A DNA stretch of 64,000 nt, the filler included, from Basidiobolus ranarum (Eukaryota): assembly GCA_040143965.1 (NCBI GenBank). It is 20 parts of 20 records of this genome, joined end to end, with 100 filler letters (N's around TTAATTAATTAA, not from the genome) between each part and the next. Parts side by side here need not be neighbours in the genome. Positions count along the whole stretch, not along the records: positions 1 to 3,122 come from JASJQH010009589.1; positions 3,223 to 6,344 come from JASJQH010009590.1; positions 6,445 to 9,563 come from JASJQH010009591.1; positions 9,664 to 12,782 come from JASJQH010009592.1; 16 more parts are not named here. One strand, given 5' to 3'. The notes below the pieces were generated by a model that was not told where the DNA came from, ran no database searches, and worked only from the letters and a program-made list of their open reading frames with translations. Position 1 is the stretch's first letter. Each line of letters begins with the position of its first letter. Below, piece after piece: positions 1 to 11,938 of this stretch. The translations under genes were made by a program, and so were the position numbers.

Positions 1-345
1 ACGTTAGTTTGTTTACATCTTGACAAAACTATTAATGTCAACTTTCTACTCAATAAATAAATAAGTGAAAACCACCAATTCCTCTAATTCTCCAAACCAC
101 TTCCAACAGGCTCCCAAATACTTTAACAATATATAGCTTGGCATTTAGTTATCTTTTATTGAACTAAGATAATACCCATTATTCTCAATTGGAAGTTACT
201 TGGAATATTTTTACTAACTGAGTGTTAAAATTAGCATTACCTAAACATCTATATAGTCATATATAGCTTAGTACTTAGTTGTCTCATACTTCACTAAGAT
301 ATTATCCATTATTCTCACAAGAAATTTGCTTGACATATTTTTACC

Positions 346-627
346 TATTGAAATTATTTAGGGAGAAATATTGGTCTGGCCAGGATTTGAGCCTGTAACC
401 TCCTTCACTCTAGCAAGGTGATCTAATCACTGAGCTACCAGTCCTTGTATTCTATGCCTATATTGCTAGGGAACCTTAACCTAGTCTGTCAATGTATGAT
501 ACTTTGGCATTTCAGCTATAAAAGCAACTGATTGGCCTTAGACTTTGTGTTCAGATGCAGTCACCATACTCCATATTTTCCTCTTTGGGAATTACTGCTT
601 GTACCACAAGTCACCAGACTTTCAACA
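346..627 (-). mobile_element. Solo LTR (282 bp) containing a tRNA-like sequence, inserted in an LTR-A copy
   Basis: Ends read T(A)TTGAAA...TTTCAACA. TSD TTACC at 341-345 and 628-632. The empty site is visible in LTR-A at ~26001-26030. Second copy at 6445-6677. Confidence 0.88.
372..444 (-). ncRNA. tRNA-like cloverleaf inside the LTR (probably not a functional tRNA)
   Basis: GGACTGG-TA-GCTCAGTGATTAGATC-A-CCTTG-CTAGAGT-GAAGG-AGGTT-ACAGG-CTCAAAT-CCTGG-CCAGACC-A. A-box and degenerate B-box, several stem mismatches. Confidence 0.75.
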
Positions 628-1989
628 TTACCAACTTAAAAGTTCTCAGATATATAGATTTTTCAAACTTGGGTTAGAAGCCCCAAACTTGGCACACATG
701 TCTCTGAGAACTTTCTTAGCACATTATACATGTTAGTTTGCTCACATCTTGACCAAACTATCAATGTCAACTTTCAACTGAATGAATCATTAAATAAAAG
801 TTGTTAAAGTGCTTGAAAGCCTGTTGGAAGTTGAGCTTAGCCTTTGTATAGATGTAGCTAAATTACTCTTCCTATCCCCAAATTCAAATACATAGAATAA
901 CTAAATAATAAGCTATACAGTCATATATAGCTTAGTACTTAGTTATCTTATAATTCACTAAGATATTATTCACTATTCTCATAAGGAATTTACTTAGAAG
1001 TTCTCAGATATATAGATTTTTTCAAACTTGTGCTAGAAGCCCCAAACTTTGCACACATGTTCCTGGGACTTTCCTTAACACATTCTACATGTTAGTCTGT
1101 TTACATTTTGACAAAACTATAAATGTCAACTGAACACTCAATAAATCAATAAGTGAAAACCACCAATTCCTCTGATTCTCCAAACCACCTCCAACAGGCT
1201 CCAAAATACTTTAACATTTTCAACCAGTATTATGTTGGTGAATTCAAATCTTCACTATTGGCTGAAATTTTTGTGTTTTACTGATCCTCGGCTTGTAGTT
1301 TTAGCTCACTTTCCACTGACATTAAGCTGGCACACATGATACACATGCCATGAATACTTTAAAACTATTTATAGATTGATAGCAGAATTGGTGAGCTCAT
1401 ACGCATCTCCATAGAATGCTTATTCTAGATTCTCCTTTTGATTAAACATGTTTGTTAACAAATGATCACTTGATGAACCTTACTTTCAGCTCCACCATCA
1501 ATAAACTGCAGAACCAGCAGTATCCAATAATCAGCTCCAATACGACGATTTGGTTGGACAATAGAAATAGTGTAATTGGTGACGTGATGGTGGTGCTGTA
1601 GAATAAAGTTATTCGAATCTGATTCAGGATCTTTTAATTTACTTGAACCCAATCAAGGGTTTTACGATGTATTGGCACTGATCCTATCGAAGTATGATTG
1701 CACATCACGTCTATTGCTATTGACAACATATGCATATCACGTGATCACTAGTGTAAATAGTGTCCCCCATATAGGGCAGTTATTTGATTTGGATTTAATG
1801 AGTAATGACGCTTGGAGATTGTCAGGTAAAAGATGACTTATTCATTGCCACATCCAAGTGTGCTTGGTACAAACATACCGGTCAATTGCCTAATGCACTC
1901 CTAAGTATATGAGTAACTGGGGATGATTGTTTGGTATTTCATAAAGTGAATCATCTACTGAAGACATTGATTTACACTTATTTGCGTGA

Positions 1990-2960
1990 CTAGCCTCCAA
2001 CTTGTTTACCACCAAAAGTGTCGATTGGATATCTCGGACTGCTACCATTTGCCTATCACCTCTCCGATATCACTCACGCCTCCGCCCTATGACTATACCC
2101 ACTTATCACCATGGCGTATGATAACTCTAATACATGAGGAACCCAATAGACAGGGTGCTTTTTACGGCACAAACCTCAAATGTCAACTCCAACACTACAG
2201 CCGTCTGCGAATACTACTAGAATCCATACCCAGTGACCCAATTACGCTCTTCTATTGAAAGCTAGTAAAAGATGAAATCAGATCCAAGATCAATCACCTA
2301 ACCCACTCCACAATCCGACTGTCTCCATAGCTTGGATACTTGGTTTTAACCTTGTTTGCATCAACTGGTACGTACCATGGGAGGATATTGCATAGTTATG
2401 TAGAGAGGATCAAAGTGATAGATGGTGAGCTCGTGAAGCACCCAATATGCTGATTAAGTACAAATGAATATAGCATAATGGAGGGCGTCCCACAGCACTC
2501 CCATGCGCACTTGCTTACCAGCACGGTTTCATGGATGTAGCGTGTATCATTCCGTGGGGTCATATGGTGGAGAATGCTCTTTAATAGCATTTCATGGAGT
2601 ATCCATTCGCATGAGGCAATGAAGTTATCAGTTCAAATCAACCTCCGTAACTTGTACTTTGCGGGATTGTTCACTTATGACCTAATCTATTGTCATGTCC
2701 ATGACATAACATACATTCCTCTTGCTGGTGAAAGAGTCAGAGTTTGTTTGGACACATATGCTGGATGACAACTGTTTCAGAGGTCTCCAACGCATATTAA
2801 ACTTTGTCTCAATGAATATGGATTGATATCACTAGCAGATGGATGAGCAAGAAAGTGAGTTCCATACGATGACAATGCTGCTGAGAACATAAAGAACCAA
2901 CGATGGATATGGCTTAGATTCCGTTCACAACGTCAGAGCAAGCCGGAATGACAAAGTGTA
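1990..2960 (+). pseudogene. Possible highly degraded DIRS/Ngaro-like reverse transcriptase fossil
   Basis: Ordered weak motifs across frames: PITSPISLTPPP, LIHEEPNRQGAFYG, SDPITL, KINHLTHS, EFVWT, LQRILNFVSM. By-eye similarity only. Confidence 0.3.
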
Positions 2961-3122
2961 ATTACTTGATTACCATCAGGTACAGGTTTACGGCCAAATC
3001 CGTCAGAAATGGCAAGGTAAGGGCTCTAATGGCTTCTATCGATATATCGTAGAAGACAATCAGAATATTCTTATACTTGCTCTTCTATTTAATGATAACC
3101 TTGTTCTTTCTCATCGTATCTC

Positions 3123-3222
3123 NNNNNNNNNNNNNNNNNNNNNNNNNNNNNNNNNNNNNNNNNNNNTTAATTAATTAANNNNNNNNNNNNNNNNNNNNNN
3201 NNNNNNNNNNNNNNNNNNNNNN
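3123..3222. other. Artificial contig linker N44-TTAATTAATTAA-N44 (first of 19; last at 60898-60997)
   Basis: The same 100-bp spacer, with stops in all six frames, recurs every ~3.2 kb. Contig lengths decrease monotonically. Confidence 0.99.
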
Positions 3223-4965
3223 CAGATATATTTTCAAGATCCCACAGAAATATTTACAAATGCAATACTTTCAGGCTTTGTATACAAATAAATGCCTAGA
3301 TGAGTGGCAATAGATGAGAGTCCTGGTAAAATAAGATGGTATAGACATATTTCAAGCATTTTCTTCATTGATTCAAGCTTTGATTATATCTCAAATGGCT
3401 CATTCATATTGAATTTTCTGCTACATTGCTGAGTATGTAGTATTGGAATGTTGTTGAATAGTAAGTTTACAGTGCCTAATGGGAATCTCTAGCTGCAGCT
3501 GATCCCCTTTAGGAACATATAAGCTTAGGCTTATGGCTAACCAAAAGTTTGATGACAGATTGACTATTTGATGAGTTGATATAATGAACATGGAGAAATC
3601 TGACTTTACTCTTGATGGTAAAATCATGGAGTTTAGTGGTGTATTGAGATAGTAGTAATGCATATGTACAGTAGAGTAAGCTCCATTGATTTGACAAAAT
3701 CTACAGCATGATAGTGCATTGTGCCTATAAAACCCTCCAAGTTTACTGATGGTAGGAGTGACACCAATAATTACAAAAATTTTAGCTTTAACAAAATATT
3801 AAACCATCTGAACCCCATTAGACAAACATTCAAACTGTCCATTCAAAGGCTCCAAGAAGCTATCTATAAGCACTGGTGTTTTAGGTCCACATATGATGGA
3901 TGGTATCAAGAAACTATGACTCTTATACCATTTGGAAGGAGGTAGATTTAAGTTAAGTAAAGTTATTGGCCAGCAAGCCTTTCCAAATGTATACTTGTTT
4001 AGTGAGAAACAATCCAGAGCCAGTGCAAAAGCATGATCATATGTGTTCTCAAAGAAACCTTGACTTTTCAGATTCTGGTAGTATAACCCATCAGGTATAT
4101 TGGTATTATCATCAGCTTTACAGTGAGTACTTTGGTAATGGATTAATGATCCATATTTGGGTGATTTCATCAAGACTTTAAGACAGGGAATCAATGGATT
4201 GTAAGCCTAATATGAATGTTTTTTACCTGATTCAGTGATTACCAATTATGTGCAAACAGTGCTTGACTTCAGGATTTCAGATTACCAGTGAAATCATAGC
4301 AATTATTTGGACCTGAAGGTAGTTTAATTACTGAAGGATTGTGAGTTGTAAAATTGACAAGTGTTTTTTCTTCTTGTACCAGGTCAGTAGCAAGCAACTG
4401 TTGCCAGTCAACAGTGGTAAAAGTGTAAGAAAACCATTCTACATGTGGTTGGTCAGATAAATTGAACTCTCCACTCTACAATAACAAAACTTGCTTCCTT
4501 TACTGCAAATGTCATGAGTCAACTAATGCTTGCCAATAATAAATAGTCTGTATCAAAAGCATTGTCTTCCTCTTCATCTTCTGATATACTACCGTCAGTA
4601 CTTGAATAGCCAAGATCAACATCAAGGATCATGTCCTCAAAGTTGTCAGGACTTAGTGGTTTGACCAAAGCTGCATTACTACCTATATCATTCTAGTCAT
4701 ATAACTGTGGTGACTCCATTGTATCTTGACTTTCAGCCATGTTACCAAAACTTTAAGGTAGAGCATAGCCATTGCACTCAGTGGGCAAAACTAAAGTTGA
4801 TTTTGTACACTTATTAAGGTTCATATTCACCAGGCTGTGTGCAGGTAGTAGCTTTGTACAGTGGCCATGGTTGTCACTATTTTTTCTATGAAGCCTCTGG
4901 TGTTCATTGCACAAGAACTTGTGACAGTAATAGCAGGGCTTCTTTAAATGATTGTGTTGTGGCAT
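3223..4965 (-). mobile_element. CACTA/En-Spm (Tnp2-like) transposase pseudogene
   Basis: LALDCF..CWPITLLNLNLPP..SIICGPKTPVLIDSFLEPL and downstream HYYY motifs. N-terminal CYYCH segment. Stops and frameshifts. Confidence 0.8.
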
Positions 4966-5172
4966 GAGAAGGATATTGTTGAAAAAGAACACCTCTTATG
5001 TAAGGGTGATGCTTTAAGTATATTCCATCAATATCATCAGCTGATCCTGAGATGGTGTCACAGATGAGTCATGAGAGGATTTACAAGATATTACTGGCAA
5101 AGGATGGGAGCTTGGCGCATTATAAGCTGTTTGTAAGCAATATCATTTTGACAAGTTTGCCATCAAAAATTT

Positions 5173-5640
5173 CAATGCCATTCAAAGAGCATTCAAGATC
5201 TAAATCAAACTCAGCTTCCAAGCAAAAGCCCACTGGAACACAAGCAAGAGACCCAGCAAGTCCAGAGGACTTGATTGATGAGCAGTCTAGCAATCCACTA
5301 TCCACTTTGGCAGGCATTAATAAACCAGAAACCAACTCAAGTAATGTTGAAGCAATAGTCAATTTACCAGATGTGTTACTTTCCAGCAAGAATGCAAGTG
5401 AACAGATTGTAATGCCCCAGTTATGTAGTAAATCAATATTGATCAAAGTTCAACAGAAGCACCATCCATACCATCAACTTCCTAAATGGCTACCTTGCGA
5501 ACTATTGAACACCCCTCCGTAAAAAAATTTGGATAGAATTAGTAAAACAAGGGAATCTCAGGCAGAACAACATACTTATTTGTATGTGATGTTAAGTAAG
5601 AACTAAAAAGTTGCTATACTGGCCATGACAGCAGTAACAC
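5173..5640 (+). pseudogene. 5' part of the accessory ORF of the CACTA-like element, divergent from the transposase
   Basis: MPFKEHSRSKS...IDEQSSNPLSTL, homologous to copies at ~17330, ~35793 and ~47218. Confidence 0.7.
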
Positions 5641-5645
5641 CATAT

Positions 5646-6344
5646 CCCTAACAGAAATTTGAGGATTGTTATTGTAGGAAAATGGTCACAATTTTAATCC
5701 ATTTGGGATTGACCATTTATTTACTGTCACAAAATTGTCAAGTTAGATTTGATTTTGATCAATTTTTTCAGTTTCAGGAGTGAAATTTCAAGATCTTGCA
5801 AAATAGTTGCAGATGATTGGCTAAAATATCACAGAACTATGGATCACCACATGTGAAAAAAATGTAACTCAAATTTTACACAATTACCACTTGAACGCTA
5901 GTTTGTCACCTTCAAAATCCCTAGTCTCTTTGATATATTCTCCTGAATATTGTTATACAGTTCTTCAAATCCAAGGTTTAACTCATGCCCAACACGAGTT
6001 GGATCAATATCTCCATCAAAGCCCACCAATATATTAACGTTGCTGAATCAACATTCTTCCAGCTATCTGGCAGATACCCTGCAATATTGTGCCACTCTGT
6101 ATTAAGTTCTTCCCAGTTATCTGCATGGTCAACACCAGACTGAATTTCATGCTGAATGTTCTTCTTCTGAAGCCACTTTCTGCATACTTGCACTGCATTT
6201 TTCCCTTCATACTTTTGAAAATACTCCTCAAGCACTTTGACTATTTTTGTATGTCCTTGTAGTGTGACACTACTGAGGGTGCTTTGCAGTGTTTGTGTGG
6301 CTTTTTGCTTGCCTTTACCTTTGGGACTAATTTCAACACTTTGA
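5646..6344 (-). mobile_element. Right end of the CACTA-like element (terminus CCCTAACAGAAATTT plus 3' accessory ORF)
   Basis: The same terminal sequence recurs at 7330, 9228, 16210, 35595, 37527, ~37844 and 39261. ORF EEYFQKYEGKNAVQVCRKWLQKKN. Confidence 0.85.
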
Positions 6345-6444
6345 NNNNNNNNNNNNNNNNNNNNNNNNNNNNNNNNNNNNNNNNNNNNTTAATTAATTAA
6401 NNNNNNNNNNNNNNNNNNNNNNNNNNNNNNNNNNNNNNNNNNNN

Positions 6445-6677
6445 GGGCCTCCTTCACTCTAGCAAGGTGCTCTAACCACTGAGCTACCAGTCCTTGTATG
6501 CTACGCCTATATTGCTAGGGAACCTTAACCTAGTCTGTCAATGTATGGTACTTTGGCATTTCAGCTTTACAAGCAACTGATTGGCCTTAGACTTTGTGTT
6601 TCAGATGCAGTCACCACACTCAATATTTTCCTCTTTGGCAATTACTGCTTGTACCACAAGTCACCAGACTTTCAACA
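6445..6677 (-). mobile_element. Second copy of the tRNA-containing LTR (cut by contig edge), inserted in a copia integrase
   Basis: Near-identical to ~395-627. Better D-arm GCTCAGTGGTTAGAGC. Ends TTTCAACA at 6677. Confidence 0.85.
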
Positions 6678-7329
6678 CTTAGTACCCTTCTTTCATGTGC
6701 TGATTCTTGCTCTACTATTGCTTTGTAGTCCTTGAAGGTAGCTAAGGCCTCAAATTTTGATTTGAGAAAGAATACCCAGGTATATCTTGTTTTCTCATCA
6801 ACAAAGGTCATAAAGTACCTTCCCACCTAGTCATACATCTTGCATGGGCCTAAAGAGGTCAGAATAAATCCGGGCAAAATTCTGAGTGGATTCCATCCCT
6901 CCAGGGCTTGAAAATGAATGTTTGCAACAATATCCATGTATGCAAACTTAACACTGATCTAATTAGTGATATTTTCAATTTTTAAGCCAAAAACAAGCCG
7001 ATTCTAGTTCATTTGGGCTAGTTTTTGTTCCCCAATGTAGCCTAATTTCATATGCCATGTTTGAGAGCTTATTTTACCAGTTTTGGCCATGTTTGCTTGC
7101 TCAGAATTCAATTTGTTGATTTCTGGCTTGCATAAGCTTTGAGTTTTGACCCCAATAGCTAATTTAGTATTATTCTGATCTGTGGTAGCAATCCAGCCTT
7201 GCTGAAAATGAAATATAGTCCATGAGTTGTTGCCTGGCTTACTGAGAGTATATTCTTGGCTCTCTTTGGTACATGGAGGACATTATACAGTTTTGCAGAT
7301 GGTGTAGCTGAATTTGGATCTGAATTGAG
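6678..7329 (-). mobile_element. Ty1/copia pol remnant (GAG-pre-integrase and integrase start)
   Basis: TWHMKLGYIG and YFMTFVDEKTRYTWVFFLKSK motifs. Confidence 0.85.
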
Positions 7330-9228
7330 CCCTAACAGAAATTTGAGGATTGTTATTATAGGAAAACCATGACAATTTTAATCCATTTGGGGTTGACTGT
7401 TTACTTACCACCATAAAATTGTCAAGTTAGATTTGATTTTAATCAATTTTTTCAGTTTCAGGAGTAAAATTTCAAGATCTTGTAAAATATTTGCATATGA
7501 TTGGCTAAAATCTCAGAGAACTATGGATCAACACATGTACAAAAAACGTAATTCATATTATACACAATTACCACTTGAATGCTAATTGGTCACCTTTAAA
7601 ATCCCAAGTCCCTTTGATATATTCTCCTGAATATTCTTATAGAGTTCTTCATACCCAAGGTTTAGCTCATACCCAACATGAGTATGTACCAATATCTCCA
7701 TCAAAGCCCACCATTTTATAAAAGTTGCTGAATCAACATTCTTCCAGCTATCTGGTGGATATCCTGCAATATTGTGCTACTTGGTATGAAGTTCTTCCCA
7801 GATATCTGCATGGTCAAAACCAGACTGAATGTCAAGTTGAATGTTCTTTTTCTGAAGCCGCTTTCTGCATACTTGCACTGTGTTTCTCCCTTCATACTTT
7901 TGAAAATACTCCTCAAGCACTTTGACTATTTGCATATATCCTTGTAGTTTGACACTACTGAGGGCACTTTGTGGTGTTAGTGTGGCTTTTTGCTTGCCTT
8001 CAACTTTGGGGCTAATTTCAACACTTTGAAAAGTACTAGTTGAGGTTGGAGAGCTGTGAGTTTTATTTGCTGGCATTTTGGTTTGTTGAGAGATGCCAGG
8101 TGTGGGATATACTTCCAACTTTAGCACTCTTCCAACTGGTGAACCCAGTTCCATGGTGTAATTAATATTTTTTGCCAATGTATTTGACTCTGGGAATGCA
8201 GATCTTTGTAGTGGTGTGCAGAATTCAGTAAGCAGGACAGTAGAGCCTAAACTCACTGGCTCCTTTGCTTTTCCCTCATGCTTACTAACTTCCTGCTCCT
8301 AGAGTACTTCTTTAGCTGTTTTTCTTTCTTTCCAAGTTGATAGTTGAGTACATTTTTGTGATTTTTAATGAATAGGCCTATATTAGGCCAAATGCCATTT
8401 GCTTGCAAAAACCCAGGATAAGTCACATAAAATAAGTCAAGAACCTTCAGAGTAATGCCTGGTTTTTAGTTTTTCCACAATTGGCTCAAATCTGAGTGAT
8501 CTCAGGCAAGCTTCTGCTCTATTTCCAAAATGTTAAACCACTCATCATCAGAGCAAGTGAGGGCAGCTCTGACATTCAGAGTCTATTGTTTTGCAGGTTT
8601 TCTTATGATATCTACTTTCATGTGCCCAAGCAATTTTGGGTCATTGGAGTATTTTCATAAGTATGAAAGGAAAAACGCAGAGCAAGTATGCAGAAAGTGG
8701 CTTCAGAAGAAGAACATTCAACTTGACATTCAGGCTGGTGTTGACCATGCAGATATCTGGGAAGAACGCATTACTGAGTGGCACAATATTGCAGGGTATC
8801 TGCCAGATGGCTGGAAGAATGTTCATCCAGCAGCGTAAATACAATGGTGGGTTTTGATGGAGATATTGATACAAACTTGTGTTGGATATGAGCTAAACCT
8901 TGAGTATAAGGAACTCTATAAAAATACTGAAGAGAAAATATCAAAAAAACTAGGAATTTTGCAGTTGACAAATTTGCATGCAAGTGGTAAATGTGTAAAA
9001 TTTGAGTCATGGTTTTTTGCACATGTGTTGATCCATAGTTGTAGCAGACCTTAGCCAACAAGCACAACTATTTTGCAACATCTCGAAATTCAACTCCTGA
9101 AACTGAAAAAATTAATTAAAATCAAATCAAACTTGACAATTTTATGATGGTAAGTAAACAGTCAATCCCAAATGGATTATAATTGTGATGGCTTTCCTAA
9201 GATAACAATACTCAAATTTCTGTTAGGG
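7330..9228. mobile_element. Two right arms of the CACTA-like element in inverted orientation
   Basis: CCCTAACAGAAATTT at 7330 and its reverse complement ending at 9228. Strand switches near 8640. Confidence 0.8.
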
Positions 9229-9563
9229 TACCACTATCTGAATATTAAACTAAACTCCATGATTTAACCATCAAGAGCCCAGTCAGATTTCAACATGATC
9301 ACTGACATCAATTCATCAAATAGTCAGCCTAACATCAAACCCGGTATTAGCTATATGCCTAATATTATATTGCTAAAGGGGATCAGCTGCAGCAAGATCT
9401 TCCCATTAGGCACTATGCACTTGCTTTTCAACACATTCCAATACTACTTACACACCTGTAGAGCAAATATTCATAATGAATGAGCCTTTTGAATTGGGAT
9501 CAAGGTTGAACTGATTGGGAAAATGCTTGAAAACATCAAGATATCATCATATTTTACCAGGAC
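9229..9563 (+). mobile_element. CACTA-like transposase fragment
   Basis: Matches the reverse complement of ~3320-3655 (FPLGTMHLLF). Confidence 0.75.
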
Positions 9564-9663
9564 NNNNNNNNNNNNNNNNNNNNNNNNNNNNNNNNNNNNN
9601 NNNNNNNTTAATTAATTAANNNNNNNNNNNNNNNNNNNNNNNNNNNNNNNNNNNNNNNNNNNN

Positions 9664-10546
9664 AAGAAATCAAAATTAGCACTGATGCTACGAACTAGAA
9701 TAATTCAAGAACCATTTATCAACCAAGCTCAGAACCAGAGTTGAAGTCATTCAAGATAAAAAAGTCTCGAGGTCGGGGGATGTGAACTAAAGCTTGAATC
9801 ACTACATTGATATAGTCATTTGCTTTAACATTGTTTAACCCAACAAACCCTGAAAAACTAAATTAATAACATGTTGATTCCATCAATACCATAAAGAGAA
9901 CTTTACCAGGAAGATATTTGCGAGAATTCAAGTCATAAGAATATTCAAGATTCTTGTCTAGTTGTATAACTTGCTGCTTGGTGAATGTTGGATGCAACAC
10001 ATACTAGAAAATCGCGTAAACCACTAATATCATACATAAACTAATAAAATTATACTCAAAATACCTTGATATCATCTAATGATGAGTCAATGACTTCGTA
10101 TCCCTCAGGGAGACAATAAACCTATATGCCGCAAAAGCTGAAGTTAGATCTTGGTGGTAGATACTAATAAATAGCATGAAGTACCTTTAGAGTGTGTAAA
10201 TTGATGAAGACGTGATGATCTTCGTGTATACTATGGAAGTATGCATGTGAAGATTTTCCTCTACCTAAATCAAAACTAAATTAACTCGAGATAAAAAATA
10301 AGATGCCGACTTGATCTATTGTAAACCTTGGAAATATTTTCCGCATACAAGGCAACCGTAGACATTCAGATTAGAGAGAGAGACGGAGCATAGTTTTTCA
10401 AAATCAAAATCCAACATGGAGCGATTGATGGTGTCCAGGTATAGATCTTTGGATGAAGATTTGCCACTGGAATTGGCTACATCATTTTCAGCATTCGATA
10501 CTGAATCTATCTTTCTCCTCTTTGTTTCCGGTTCTGTAGTAGACAT
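9664..10546 (-). CDS. SAD1: U4/U6.U5 tri-snRNP-associated protein 2 (USP39/Sad1), 5' part, at least 5 exons, cut by contig edge
   Basis: Spliced product: DLYLDTINRSMLDFDFEKLCSVSLSNLNVYGCLVCGKYFQGRGKSSHAYFHSIHEDHHVFINLHTLKVYCLPEGYEV...YLPGFVGLNNVKANDY. GT-AG introns, first at 10326-10265. Confidence 0.95.
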
Positions 10547-10877
10547 CACTTCTTTTGTAGACACCAAGTATAAAAGAATATGCTGTAAAGTTTAAAGAGT
10601 GGTGGATTTTGTGTCCCAGATTACACAAGAAATAATTCAATTTGTGTATATATCAATGAATACACTATTTCCGATTTTCCGAGGTATTCCGAATCCCAGG
10701 TGACTGCTCCAAGATATTAGAAAAAATCGATTTATGCTAGATCTGATCATATCACATTCATTTCCGCAAACTTTTTTTTCTTTTTTAAATATTGTAGTCA
10801 ACAGCATCGATAAAATTGATAATTCAAGCTGTAACTTGAGGTTCGCATTTGATATATACATTTTTTTTATCTTTAAT

Positions 10878-11599
10878 ATGTCTACGCAAAACATTTGGCT
10901 TGCCGCTAGTGATGGTAATTTACAAGAAGTTAAAGAATTCTTAGAAGCTGGAATCAGTGTTGACGCTAAAGATGAAAATGGGTATACTCCTTTGTAAGTC
11001 TACCATTAAACATATCTTTAGTTGACTTGTCCAAACCTGACTAATTGACTATCTTTTAAGACATGCAGCTGTATCATACGGATATACCGAGTTGGTCCAA
11101 TTTTTGCTAGATAGTGGTGCCAATGTTAACATTACTGATTCTGATGGTGATACCCCTCTTCATGTCTGTGAAAATTTCGAAGTTGCCGAACAGCTCGTTA
11201 AAGCAGGTGCTGATATTCAACTGCAAGATGACGAGGGCAAGACGGTAAGCATTTTTTGTTTTTTATAGGCTGGAGTTTCTCTATATACTGATAGAGTCTT
11301 ACATACAATAGGCCATTGATACAGCGGAAGAAGAAGGTCACTATGATGTAATGGTTTTCTTACAGGAGTATCCCAATAATGTAACTACTCTGCCTCTACC
11401 TGAAGAAGCTAAAGAAGAGCTTTCGAAAAAATTACAACCTGTTGATGTTGATGGAACAGCTTTCATGGAAAAAGCCACTGAAGTATTGCGCCAAGCTGAT
11501 CTTCAAGGTTTGGATCGTGACGCCGAGCTTCAGAAACTAGTAACTGAAATGGTTCTCAACCAGTTATCTAATGGAGCTTCGTATGAAGATGATGATTAA
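10878..11599 (+). CDS. Small ankyrin-repeat protein (3 exons: 10878-10993, 11061-11244, 11312-11599)
   Basis: NIWLAASDG..KDENGYTPLHAAVSYG..TDSDGDTPLH..DDEGKTA. Canonical GTAAG..AG introns keep the frame. Confidence 0.92.
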
Positions 11600-11938
11600 A
11601 CAAAACTTACAAATTCGTATACACTCGTTTCCTGATGGCGTAGTAATTACACACATCCTAAATCATACTTTATCCCTAATAAATTTGAATATAATCTCTC
11701 AACTCTAAAACATCATTTCTCCCAGAGAAGTTTACTTTTCTTCGCTTTACTTGATTTCGTCATTGAAACTAGATTGATGATATGTATTTATGCTCAACAG
11801 CACTCTCACAACTTGGTATACAAAATTTTCTAAGGATTATCGTGTGCACATTGAAAGTGAAAGCATACATGGTATAAATAAGAAATGGAATGCTAAAAAA
11901 AATGCTCGAGAATTATCCTGGTAAATAGTGGAGAAGGC

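Larger units (their letters stand above)
1..1217 (+). mobile_element. Cluster of nested or partial copia LTRs (family A)
   Basis: Several copies match the complete LTR at 25892-26239 (TGTTGAAATTAGCATT...GGCTCCCAAATACTTTAACA). Confidence 0.88.

Noticed and set aside
372-444. Functional tRNA-Ser(AGA)
   Set aside because: No long variable arm, stem mismatches, no terminator, and it lies inside a mobile LTR.
545-736. Similar short ORFs at 545-736 and 6541-6735
   Set aside because: They reflect the repeated LTR sequence and diverge exactly at its boundary, with no coding evidence.
9800-9850. USP lacking its catalytic cysteine (NNVKANDY)
   Set aside because: Normal for USP39/Sad1, a known pseudo-deubiquitinase.
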